A DNA stretch of 32,000 bases, taken from NCBI RefSeq assembly GCF_000179635.2, contig NC_014824.1, forward strand, positions 30,001 to 62,000. Direction: 5' to 3'. The stretch's first letter is position 1; each line of letters starts with the position of its first letter. The notes beneath the pieces were generated by a model. The model had not been told where the DNA came from and made no database searches. It saw only the letters and a list, made by a program, of their open reading frames with translations. Positions 15,607 to 24,282 of this stretch are shown one piece after another. A program made the translations under genes and the position numbers. The stretch comes from Ruminococcus albus 7 = DSM 20455 (GTDB lineage Bacteria > Bacillota > Clostridia > Oscillospirales > Ruminococcaceae).

Positions 15607-18600
15607 ATGGCTAGATTTATATCAAATAATATGGGATTAAAGGGTGACGTTTTTACCGACCCTAATTTTCAGAAGGTTATCGAGCCGGAAATGCAAAAAG
15701 TCATTTCTTTGATTGAAGAGAAGGGGCTTGGAGATGCACTTAGCAGATTTTTTATTGAAAACAAGGAATCTTCAGTAAAGTACGACGAAGATAATAATTG
15801 TTTTGTAAAAGTCGGCAACGGCGTAGATACAGATGGTGGTTCCGCAGTTTACGCATCAAAAGCTGAATTAACAGCTGTATTTATAGATCAGATAAATGCT
15901 GTAAGCAGCGAAATAAGAAACTCGGATGAAATCTTCCGGGACGATACCGAAACAGCAGAGCTATTTAGCAGTAATCTTGCTGATCACCTGCCGGTATTTG
16001 AAGGAAAAGAAATCGATGCTTTTAAGAATTCACTGGTAGAACTTACAGATAAGGCAGATAGGATCAATGATGCGATAGATAAATCGAATAATTATGCTCA
16101 TCTGGACAGGCATAACGTGTTTAAACAGTACAATGACCTGAAATTAATGATCATTGCTAAGGAAAATGACCTTCCGCTTAACGGCAAATACGTTACCAAA
16201 GGCGAAATATTTATGTCCGCTTACAGGCTTATCAACGGACTGACCGTTGAAGCCGTTATCCTTAGTGCATTAGAGCAGTATCTGGATCATATCGAAGGTA
16301 TTGACAATGCAGAAGATTTAGAGCGTTACCATAGAACAGGCTTTTTGGATAAGACTGACAATAACGATGTGACTTTTTCTCTCGATAACGGAACAGTATT
16401 GTCAGCTAATGATACTGTTGATCAGCGTGACAAGAAAATAGGAAGCGTGAATGCCGTAGATCTTAACGGAGTAAAGCTTGGCGGCGTTGAACTAACTGAG
16501 AGAAACGGAAAGATAAATATTGTTACGGATGACAGAAATCACGCTGTTGTTGATGGTAAAGTTACAGTTGCTGTTTATGGATTTGTAGCAAAAGATGATA
16601 GAGATACACTTTCTTCCGATTTTGCATCAAAAATGACATATACCGATAAAAACGGCAACGAGAAACTGAGAGGCGTAGATTCTCCCATTATTGTCGGATA
16701 CAAGATAATCGATGTTGAAACCAAAAAGACCGAAACAGTTGATGTTCGCGGTAATCACATCAGCGGCGAAAATTACAAAGTTGATTTTTATAAACTCAAA
16801 CTCGATAATGAGCAGAAATATCTGATTTCTACCAGAAACGAAAGTGATGTTGATAGACTTACAAACGCTTTAGCCAACAAGGTCGAACCGGAAAGCAAGG
16901 ATATTGAAAAAGAATACGACAACATAGAAAAAAGGATTGAAAACATAGATTCTATCCTTCAGGATGAAAAATCGTCAATTACAGATGATGAGAAGCAGAA
17001 GCTTGAATCGATAAAAGACGAGCTTGAAAAAGATAAGGCTGTTTTGTCCGAAGATAAGGGAAATACTGACAAAGAAAGGATAGAACAGTCTGAAAAGAAA
17101 AGCGAAGTTATCCGTAAAGATCACTCTGAAACGGAAATAGAAAGCAAGCACAAGCTGGAAACCGCGTGGAATAAGATAGAGGCAGCTGTCGAAAAAGAAA
17201 GCAATGGTCAGGCAACAAAAGACGACGTTGACAATGCCAAAAAAGAGTATATAGAAAAATCTGACCTTTCCACAAGCGACAAAGAATCTTTGCTCAAAAA
17301 TTTCAGGCACGATCCCAAAGATACGGATGATAAGATAAAAAACGTTGATTTTGAAGATAAAAAAGCAGTATCGGGTATTGTCGAAAAAATATACAGCAAG
17401 GAACTTGACGGCACCTCCAAGGATGATTTTGAATCAGAAATTTTCAAAAAAGCATCCGACGCTGATTATGAGTTTAAGTCAGATAGAGTTGAACAGGTAA
17501 GTAAGAATGACGTAGAGATTGAAAAGAGTAATGATGTTGAGAAGACAAAAACTTACGATTTAGGCTCGCTCAAGCTCGATGAAAGCTCAAAAGTCGTAAG
17601 AGAAGACAATAAATACTATATAAAAGATTCTGACAGCAAGATTTCAGTATCTGATATAGGATCAGTTACAAAAAACAGGATAGAGATCATTTCCGAAAGA
17701 GGTTTTAATAATATCGTTTCCTTTAAAGGCGGGAATGTAGTAAATGACGGAAAACTCGTAGTTGCGGTAAAGGGCTTTATAGGCTCGACTGATAAATTTT
17801 CCGATGATTTCAAGGATAAAATGACCTATAGCGATTCTAAAGTATCCGGTATAGACAGGCCGATCACATTAGGTTATGCGGTTTTTGACCTTGAATCAAA
17901 TAAAACGGAGTATCGTGATCTTAGGTTTGAACACTTTGCCGGAGATAAAATCGATGTAAGTAAGGATAATGTTTATTTCTCAAAAGAACAAACACAGTTT
18001 CTGGATTACAAGGCGGAAGATAATATCGGGATCAAGAATGATGATGTAAAGGAACTGTCTTCGTTTTTTGAGAAAAACATATCTTTGTCCGATAAAGATA
18101 TTGATGATAAGGTAGATAAGCTTAATAATAAGATAGCTGAGCTTGACTCGATCAAGGACATGCCTTTCATAACCGATGATGAAAAAGTCGAGATAGATGC
18201 CAAGATCAAGGAGTTGGGCAGCACAGCCGCTGAGTTAAGGTCTGATGATATTGATTTTAAGGACAAAATTGATATCTATAACAGAGAAATATCTCCGACC
18301 ACTGCTGAACTGACACACAAAGAAGATATACTTAGAACTAACATGAATGACAAGGATCATGATTTTGTTGATTCGCGAATCGAGTACATCAAATCATCAG
18401 ACTTGTCTGACGGCGACAAACAAAAAATGTATAACGCTATAAGCAAGGACTTTTCAACCTTTGACCAAGCGCTTAAAGATAAGACTTTTGACGATGGAGA
18501 TAAGGTCAAATCGGTAATAAAGGAAATGTACCATACTGATATAACCCGCAATGATCCTGATGACTTTAAATCTGATATCTGCAAGGACACATACCTCAAG

Positions 18601-20730
18601 ATCGAAACCGAGGATAACGTAAAGATCGATTACGACAAAACCGATAACGAAGCAAAGATCACTTTTACCATCGAAGGCAGGGTAGTCAGGACTGAACATG
18701 TTGATGAAAAGAGAGAAATAGTTTCTCGGGAAGAATACCGCTACAATGATGACGGTTCTTTCTTCGTAGAGGTCTATGATAGAGATGATAAACTGGTCGA
18801 GACCGATAATTACAGCAGCGATAATATTGTAATTGAATCAACTTATTATGACGAAGGTGAAGTTATAGAAAAAGACTCCTACAAATATGACGATGGTGTA
18901 CTGAGTTCAGTAGAATCTTTTGATAAGGAAGATAATCCTACCAAAACACGATTCTATGATGAAGATGGTCAAATCGAAAAAAGCATGATCTATAACTATG
19001 ATGACGGAGACAGAGTATCTGTAAGCACTTACGATAAGGATGATAAACTTATTGAAACAACATATGAGGATAAAGATAGAGGAGCAGATAAAGTTGAGGT
19101 GTATGATGCCAAAGACGAAAATACGTCCGATCCTACTTTGATCCGCGAAACAAATGATAACACTGCAGCCGAAATTGACAAGTCTGAAACACCTGACGAT
19201 ACAACGGATGTCCTCAGAGATAACATTCAAGTCGATTATAAAGCTCTATGGGAAGATATGGATGGAGAGGAAAATGATAAGATAGAATCACTTTTTACTC
19301 TCCTGGGGGACACGGATAACTTTGAAGTAATAAGTGATATGAATTTTGGAGATCTGACCAGTGATAGATCTCCGGAAGAAAATGCCGATACTTTCTCTAA
19401 GCTTATGACTGAGCTGGAAGCAAAAGGTGATAATGCAGAGGGACTGATCGATTCTGTAAAAAGAGATTTTCTTTCTCTGGAAGTCGAAAACAAAACTGAA
19501 CGTGATGATGCCAAGGAACATTTTTCAATGGTTGAAGCTGTTAAAGAATACGGCGTAGTCTACGAAGTAGCTTACAATGATGTTGACGATAAAAGGGAAG
19601 CTATAAAAGAAGGTATCGAAGGGGCAAAGGAGATGATACAAGACGGCGCCCTGATAGATAACAATAGCAGAAACGATGAATCAATAATAAACGCTATAAC
19701 CAAGGCAATAGATGGTATGGCAGACGATATAACAGAGACTGTATCATCAGCTGTCGGTTCCGTGCCGGATTCATCGGATGTGTCAAAAATAATAGTCAGT
19801 GCTATCCGGGATTCTGGTGTTGATCTCAACAAAAGTCCTAAACAGATATCGAGCTACTTGACATCTAAAGCTTCGCTGGTCGATAAAATTGAACAAGATT
19901 CAATAAAACTTGAAGCAGTATCAACCGACTGCCATAAAGACCAGGAACTAATGGTCAAAGAATTTATAAATGATGAAAGCTACAAAACGTCTGACCTTCT
20001 TGATAACTTTATTTCGGGAATTAATTCAGCCGAAAACACTAAAGTTGTAGACGGGGCATTTGAAGCATATGAACCGTCAGAACTTGACTACAAAAACTTT
20101 GAAGCCAGATTTGAGATCGTAATGGACAGAATAGCCGAATATGCTAAGGATAATCCTGAAGAAAGCGATAAGATCGCTAATGCAATATCAAGAATCGCTC
20201 AGGATACCGGATGCATTTCCAAGGTTCAAGTCATAGCGGATGAAAAGCTTTCCGAACTGGGAGTGGATACTAAAACTCTCAACGATGTATTCATGTCCAG
20301 AGTAGACGATATGATCGATAGCATATACGGTGTTACTAGAGATGAGGATGGTAATATAAACGACATCGATATCGATGATGATAAGGTCGAAGCTGCACAG
20401 GCTGAAATAGGAGAGATAGTTAATGCTGTCGTAGATATAATGATAAGCGACAAAGACGATGACGTAAAAGAAAAGATCCAAGACCTTATAATCGATGCCA
20501 GAACAAGCGTTGAGGATAAGGGAACGTATCTCGACAGACTCACCCAAGTCTTGTCTGCGGTCAATGGTGCAGTTGAGAAAAACGATAATGATGCTATCTG
20601 TCAGGAGCTGGATAAATTTGAATTTGAGGAAAGAGACAATGACGATTTAGGCGTTGACAGAGTGATGGAAGTACTTGATGAGTACGACTATCAGGAAAGC
20701 AGGATAAGCAATGATCAGAAATCTGATTAA
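15607..20730 (+). CDS. Giant acidic protein (1707 aa), no recognisable enzymatic domain, no signal peptide or TM
   Basis: AAAGGAGA RBS and an uninterrupted 5.1-kb ORF. It contains an internal duplication of roughly 320-330 aa, a YD/MORN-like repeat block, and a long helical D/E-rich C-terminal half. Confidence 0.9.
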   Translation: MARFISNNMGLKGDVFTDPNFQKVIEPEMQKVISLIEEKGLGDALSRFFIENKESSVKYDEDNNCFVKVGNGVDTDGGSAVYASKAELTAVFIDQINAVSSEIRNSDEIFRDDTETAELFSSNLADHLPVFEGKEIDAFKNSLVELTDKADRINDAIDKSNNYAHLDRHNVFKQYNDLKLMIIAKENDLPLNGKYVTKGEIFMSAYRLINGLTVEAVILSALEQYLDHIEGIDNAEDLERYHRTGFLDKTDNNDVTFSLDNGTVLSANDTVDQRDKKIGSVNAVDLNGVKLGGVELTERNGKINIVTDDRNHAVVDGKVTVAVYGFVAKDDRDTLSSDFASKMTYTDKNGNEKLRGVDSPIIVGYKIIDVETKKTETVDVRGNHISGENYKVDFYKLKLDNEQKYLISTRNESDVDRLTNALANKVEPESKDIEKEYDNIEKRIENIDSILQDEKSSITDDEKQKLESIKDELEKDKAVLSEDKGNTDKERIEQSEKKSEVIRKDHSETEIESKHKLETAWNKIEAAVEKESNGQATKDDVDNAKKEYIEKSDLSTSDKESLLKNFRHDPKDTDDKIKNVDFEDKKAVSGIVEKIYSKELDGTSKDDFESEIFKKASDADYEFKSDRVEQVSKNDVEIEKSNDVEKTKTYDLGSLKLDESSKVVREDNKYYIKDSDSKISVSDIGSVTKNRIEIISERGFNNIVSFKGGNVVNDGKLVVAVKGFIGSTDKFSDDFKDKMTYSDSKVSGIDRPITLGYAVFDLESNKTEYRDLRFEHFAGDKIDVSKDNVYFSKEQTQFLDYKAEDNIGIKNDDVKELSSFFEKNISLSDKDIDDKVDKLNNKIAELDSIKDMPFITDDEKVEIDAKIKELGSTAAELRSDDIDFKDKIDIYNREISPTTAELTHKEDILRTNMNDKDHDFVDSRIEYIKSSDLSDGDKQKMYNAISKDFSTFDQALKDKTFDDGDKVKSVIKEMYHTDITRNDPDDFKSDICKDTYLKIETEDNVKIDYDKTDNEAKITFTIEGRVVRTEHVDEKREIVSREEYRYNDDGSFFVEVYDRDDKLVETDNYSSDNIVIESTYYDEGEVIEKDSYKYDDGVLSSVESFDKEDNPTKTRFYDEDGQIEKSMIYNYDDGDRVSVSTYDKDDKLIETTYEDKDRGADKVEVYDAKDENTSDPTLIRETNDNTAAEIDKSETPDDTTDVLRDNIQVDYKALWEDMDGEENDKIESLFTLLGDTDNFEVISDMNFGDLTSDRSPEENADTFSKLMTELEAKGDNAEGLIDSVKRDFLSLEVENKTERDDAKEHFSMVEAVKEYGVVYEVAYNDVDDKREAIKEGIEGAKEMIQDGALIDNNSRNDESIINAITKAIDGMADDITETVSSAVGSVPDSSDVSKIIVSAIRDSGVDLNKSPKQISSYLTSKASLVDKIEQDSIKLEAVSTDCHKDQELMVKEFINDESYKTSDLLDNFISGINSAENTKVVDGAFEAYEPSELDYKNFEARFEIVMDRIAEYAKDNPEESDKIANAISRIAQDTGCISKVQVIADEKLSELGVDTKTLNDVFMSRVDDMIDSIYGVTRDEDGNINDIDIDDDKVEAAQAEIGEIVNAVVDIMISDKDDDVKEKIQDLIIDARTSVEDKGTYLDRLTQVLSAVNGAVEKNDNDAICQELDKFEFEERDNDDLGVDRVMEVLDEYDYQESRISNDQKSD
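16468..17451 (+). repeat. Internal duplication unit 1 within the giant CDS (about aa 288-615)
   Basis: Colinear matches to unit 2: VDGKVTVAVYGFVAKDD / NDGKLVVAVKGFIGSTD; FASKMTYTDKNG..GVDSPIIVGY / FKDKMTYSDSK.SGIDRPITLGY; SSITDDEKQKLESIKDEL / PFITDDEKVEIDAKIKEL; YIEKSDLSTSDKESL / YIKSSDLSDGDKQKM; DDFESEIFK / DDFKSDICK. Confidence 0.75.
17644..18591 (+). repeat. Internal duplication unit 2 within the giant CDS (about aa 680-995)
   Basis: See unit 1. The similarity is at the protein level and diverged. It is not a recent DNA repeat. Confidence 0.75.
18727..19120 (+). repeat. YD / MORN-like short beta-hairpin repeats inside the giant CDS
   Basis: Recurrent Y.YdDdG.......YD.dDKL.E pattern: YRYNDDGSFFVEVYDRDDKLVET, YKYDDGVLSSVESFDKEDNPTKT, FYDEDGQIEKSMIYNYDDGDRVSVSTYDKDDKLIET, VEVYDAKDE. 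Confidence 0.5.
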
Positions 20731-20767
20731 TTATCGTGCATTAAAGTTTTAGAACAAGGAATGTTTT

Positions 20768-20790
20768 AGCTGCTGCTTATGGCGGCAGCT
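20768..20790 (+). other. Intercistronic hairpin between the two large acidic genes
   Basis: agctgctgc-ttatg-gcggcagct, 9 bp including one G:U. With no T-run it looks like a processing or stability element rather than a terminator. Confidence 0.35.
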
Positions 20791-20836
20791 AATATTTCTG
20801 TCCAGAATTAGCATTTCTGAAAGGAGTGTAGCGTTT

Positions 20837-22873
20837 ATGGATAATTTTGCAAACAGCGATTTTTCCTCCAACGATAACTCTGTTCTCATAGATCTGAGCA
20901 CAGATATAACCAATAATGATGGGAGTAAAGAAGAATCCCGGTCTACTGTTTCGGGTTCGTATGAACACGTTATGGCCGACAAAATAAGAGCCGGGGCGGA
21001 GAAGGTCGATAACCCTGTTCTTAAAGAAGTCCTAAAGGACTTTGCTTTCGTGCTTGACATAAGCAAAACAGAACTGACCGATTTTACAAAGATCGTTGAC
21101 AAGGAGCTAAGTTACAGAGTTGATGGCTACGATGAGGCAAAAGCCGGAATTATCGAAAAAATACCTGACAGTATAAAGGAACCGATAGAAAAAACTTTGA
21201 CTGCCATTGATAAGTTCAATACTTTTTCAAAAATGAGTTTGCCTGAAATGCTCAATACTATTTTAGATTTGATCGAGGATGTAAAAGAAAAAGCGATTGA
21301 GAATGAGAAAAATGATTTAGAAAAAGAAGATAATAAGGTCGAAGTTAATGAGATCGAGCCTTTTGAAACGACTGACGTTGAACACCAAGAGACAGAAGAT
21401 CCTCAGGACAATCTAAAGGAAATCGAGAATAATGACAATAACGCGATAGATAATGACCATCGTGAAGATATAATGGAAAACAGGGCTGAAAACAACATTG
21501 AACTCCGGTTGTCTGACATGGATGTAAATGATCCGGCTGTTTCCGATGAACAATCAAATGAAATTGAAGGTAATGAATCGGATATCGAAGGAACACTATC
21601 CACCGATGATGGAATTGAGTTTCAGAATGAAAATGACAGTTCGTCTGATACAAAAGCTACAGACGAAGAAATAAAGCCACATGATAATATCAGCGATTAT
21701 TCTTCGGATGATTCGGCAATAGCTGAATCCAAAACTGTATACTCGGATGAAGAACCTGAAAAAGATAACAGCACAAACGATAATACCAATGATTCGGAAT
21801 CTTTTGATAAATACGAAAAGCCTGAACGTCTGGAAGAACCTGACGATGAACTTGACAGAAAAAATACAGAGGAAAATGCGGATATAACAGATGAAGCATT
21901 GGAATTTGATAAAATAGATGATGTTCCTATCGTATCGATTGATGATCAAACAGTGACACTGGAAGACGCTGATTCCAGTGAAAAACAGGTAGAAAACGGC
22001 AGTCAGGAAGAATTAGATGCCGTTGACGATATTGCTGACCCCGGAAAATCTGCTTTATTAAGCGCAAATGATGTTGATGGCGATGGAACAGTAAATGAGC
22101 AGGATAATACTGATCCAACTGTCCAAGATGAGGATCTATCTGCAGATATTGCAGCAGATGCTCAAACAGATGTTTCATTTCCTGAATTCTCGGAAGATGG
22201 AACTGTCGATTATGATGCGGAAACGAGTAATGATATACCTGAAAAAACGCCTGAAATCGGCGGAGATGTTGAGCTGATGGATCAGAACGATGGAACCCTG
22301 ACAGATAATGAGAGTCTGTCACCATCAGATACAGACGGCTCTGAAAATACAGATATAGAAAGTGAAGATGCTGTTAAGGATGTAGATAACATCGGTGACA
22401 GTCTTGATGACCTTTCATCTGACTGGAATGATGATTCTGTTCAGGATCAGGAACTTTACAATAACGATTCAGACAAAGATGAAATTCCTGATAATAGCGT
22501 ATCTACGGATGTTTCAGCAAATAGTGAAATTGAAAATTTAAAAATTATCGAAATCGATAATGTAAGCGATTCAATAGAAAACGAGATGCCTGAAGATGCT
22601 ATAGAATCCGCGATAGACTTTGAAATACCGCAGGGTTTTGAAGATAACGGCATTGCTTTTGGGGATCCGTATGATAGCATACAAAATATCTCCGACACTA
22701 TAGATTTCGCAAGTGAATTTTCTGATGATGCAATTCTCCCTGAAAGTGATCCTGTTGATTACGGAATGGAGCAGGGTGAATACGATATTGAGATACCATA
22801 TGATGGAACTGACGTATACATGAGTGATCTGGCATCAGTTGATATAGAAGAAATAGGAGAACTTCTTATTTGA
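20837..22873 (+). CDS. Hyper-acidic, low-complexity protein (678 aa)
   Basis: GAAAGGAG RBS. In a 50-residue stretch I counted, about one residue in three is D or E. It is rich in N and S, with very few K/R in the C-terminal two-thirds. No signal peptide or TM. Confidence 0.85.
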   Translation: MDNFANSDFSSNDNSVLIDLSTDITNNDGSKEESRSTVSGSYEHVMADKIRAGAEKVDNPVLKEVLKDFAFVLDISKTELTDFTKIVDKELSYRVDGYDEAKAGIIEKIPDSIKEPIEKTLTAIDKFNTFSKMSLPEMLNTILDLIEDVKEKAIENEKNDLEKEDNKVEVNEIEPFETTDVEHQETEDPQDNLKEIENNDNNAIDNDHREDIMENRAENNIELRLSDMDVNDPAVSDEQSNEIEGNESDIEGTLSTDDGIEFQNENDSSSDTKATDEEIKPHDNISDYSSDDSAIAESKTVYSDEEPEKDNSTNDNTNDSESFDKYEKPERLEEPDDELDRKNTEENADITDEALEFDKIDDVPIVSIDDQTVTLEDADSSEKQVENGSQEELDAVDDIADPGKSALLSANDVDGDGTVNEQDNTDPTVQDEDLSADIAADAQTDVSFPEFSEDGTVDYDAETSNDIPEKTPEIGGDVELMDQNDGTLTDNESLSPSDTDGSENTDIESEDAVKDVDNIGDSLDDLSSDWNDDSVQDQELYNNDSDKDEIPDNSVSTDVSANSEIENLKIIEIDNVSDSIENEMPEDAIESAIDFEIPQGFEDNGIAFGDPYDSIQNISDTIDFASEFSDDAILPESDPVDYGMEQGEYDIEIPYDGTDVYMSDLASVDIEEIGELLI

Positions 22874-22886
22874 TATTATTGGACGT

Positions 22887-22902
22887 AAAAATCTTGTATA
22901 AT
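22887..22902 (+). promoter_or_regulatory. Conserved promoter box (aaaaatcttgTATAAT)
   Basis: Shared-motif member located at the end of the 678-aa CDS, 49 nt before the ATG at 22951. Confidence 0.4.
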
Positions 22903-22950
22903 ATTTTCAAAAGCAAGATAATTCGTTTATTTTGGAAGGGGAGTTTTTGT

Positions 22951-23319
22951 ATGAGTTTTTCTTTTCTTTTGTTATTTTCGTTACTCGGCTATTTGTTTGC
23001 CATGTTCGGTATAGTATTGGGTTTCAATCTGTTAGCTTCAATGTTTAGTACCGAACAAAGTGTTCCTAAACGTGATAATAGAACCAACGAAACAAAAGAT
23101 CTGATTTCGGATGACCTTTTTTCAGATCTCGATGATTTGGCAGATAATGATTTTTTCGAAGATGATTCAGCTTTTCTCCAAACTGAAACAAATGCAGCTA
23201 ACGAACCTATTTCATATATAGACATAAAAAAATGCTTATCAGACGAAAAAAGCATTGAAATATATAGAAAAAATGAAGACAAAGCTTATGCTGTTCTTCA
23301 GAAGAAAATAAAAATTTGA
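22951..23319 (+). CDS. Small membrane protein with an acidic tail (122 aa)
   Basis: A GGAAGGGGAG RBS precedes the ATG at 22951, so the track start at 22870 is unlikely. One TM (FSFLLLFSLLGYLFAMFGIVLGFNLLA), then a D/E/F-rich segment. Confidence 0.6.
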   Translation: MSFSFLLLFSLLGYLFAMFGIVLGFNLLASMFSTEQSVPKRDNRTNETKDLISDDLFSDLDDLADNDFFEDDSAFLQTETNAANEPISYIDIKKCLSDEKSIEIYRKNEDKAYAVLQKKIKI

Positions 23320-23326
23320 AAATTAC

Positions 23327-23343
23327 AAATTTTCTGCTATAAT
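23327..23343 (+). promoter_or_regulatory. Conserved extended -10 promoter (aaattttctgcTATAAT) with a TTGAAA -35
   Basis: ttgaaa at 23316-23321, a 16-bp spacer, then tgcTATAAT. It is 35 nt upstream of the sortase CDS. Confidence 0.55.
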
Positions 23344-23377
23344 ATATTTAGAGAAAAAATCGAAAGGCAGGGAACCT

Positions 23378-24268
23378 ATGTTTGATAATAATAAAAATTC
23401 AAAACTAAAAATCAAAATAATAGCAGTATGTTTATCTCTTATTGCAGTTGGGTCTTTTGGCTACGTAGGATATAAACAGTACTTTGAACCAAAAACTAAG
23501 GATTCTCAGTACGATGACTTGAGAGAAAAACGTCAAAACAAAAAACTTAGTTTCCAAAATGACTTTGTAGATGAAGGAAATAATGAAGATGCATACCATG
23601 ATAAGGACGATGACAGCCATGAGGAAGTTCCTGAATCAAAAAAGGAATCTTCACAGAACAAAGATTCAAGTTCATCAGCTTCAGCAGATAGTGGAACAAG
23701 TTCAGTTGAACAAAGCTATTATACATATGAGTATACTGACAGGACTTTTGGCTGGATATCAATACCCGGGACTTCGATAGATTACCCGGTTCTCTATCTT
23801 GAAGGAGATAATGAATATTATCTCACGCATAATTATATGGAACAATACGATTCATACGGCTCGATCTATCTTGATGGAAATCAGTATATAGGTGCCAAAA
23901 ACATGACCATATACGGTCACAATATAAATGCCTATTATGAATCAATGTTCAAACCACTTGTTAATTATGAGGATCAAGCGTTTTTTGATGAACATCCCGT
24001 TGTGGAATTCGATTACGGCGGAGATTCATCCGAATGGGAAGTGATAGGCTGCATGATCGTTGACCTTAATAACGATCACAAGTCGTTTAACAAATGTGAT
24101 TTCCTTGATGATAATGATTTCCTCGACTATGGAAATACATTACTAGATAACTGTGTAATAAAAAAAGACGGATTTGAGCTTCAGGCAGATGATAATCTCC
24201 TTACGCTAGTTACTTGTTCGTATCATACGAGCAATTGCCGTACAGTAGTAATTTGCAGACAGATTTAA
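23378..24268 (+). CDS. srtB: Class B sortase (membrane-anchored)
   Basis: N-terminal TM. SrtB-type motifs GWISIPGTSIDYPVL, DNEYYLTHN, TIYGHNI (catalytic His), LLTLVTCSY (TLxTC Cys) and CRTVVI (Arg). Confidence 0.85.
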   Translation: MFDNNKNSKLKIKIIAVCLSLIAVGSFGYVGYKQYFEPKTKDSQYDDLREKRQNKKLSFQNDFVDEGNNEDAYHDKDDDSHEEVPESKKESSQNKDSSSSASADSGTSSVEQSYYTYEYTDRTFGWISIPGTSIDYPVLYLEGDNEYYLTHNYMEQYDSYGSIYLDGNQYIGAKNMTIYGHNINAYYESMFKPLVNYEDQAFFDEHPVVEFDYGGDSSEWEVIGCMIVDLNNDHKSFNKCDFLDDNDFLDYGNTLLDNCVIKKDGFELQADDNLLTLVTCSYHTSNCRTVVICRQI

Positions 24269-24282
24269 AGTAGGAGTATAAA

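Noticed and set aside
16975-22698. Many 60-130-aa minus-strand ORFs inside the two large acidic genes (for example 16975..17310, 18006..18266, 19236..19514, 20226..20564, 21596..21949, 21927..22325)
   Set aside because: They are the antisense of GAT/GAA/AAA-rich coding sequence, which gives stop-poor Ser/Ile/Leu/Phe-rich frames. They have no RBS and low-complexity products, and each is fully nested in a much longer sense ORF.
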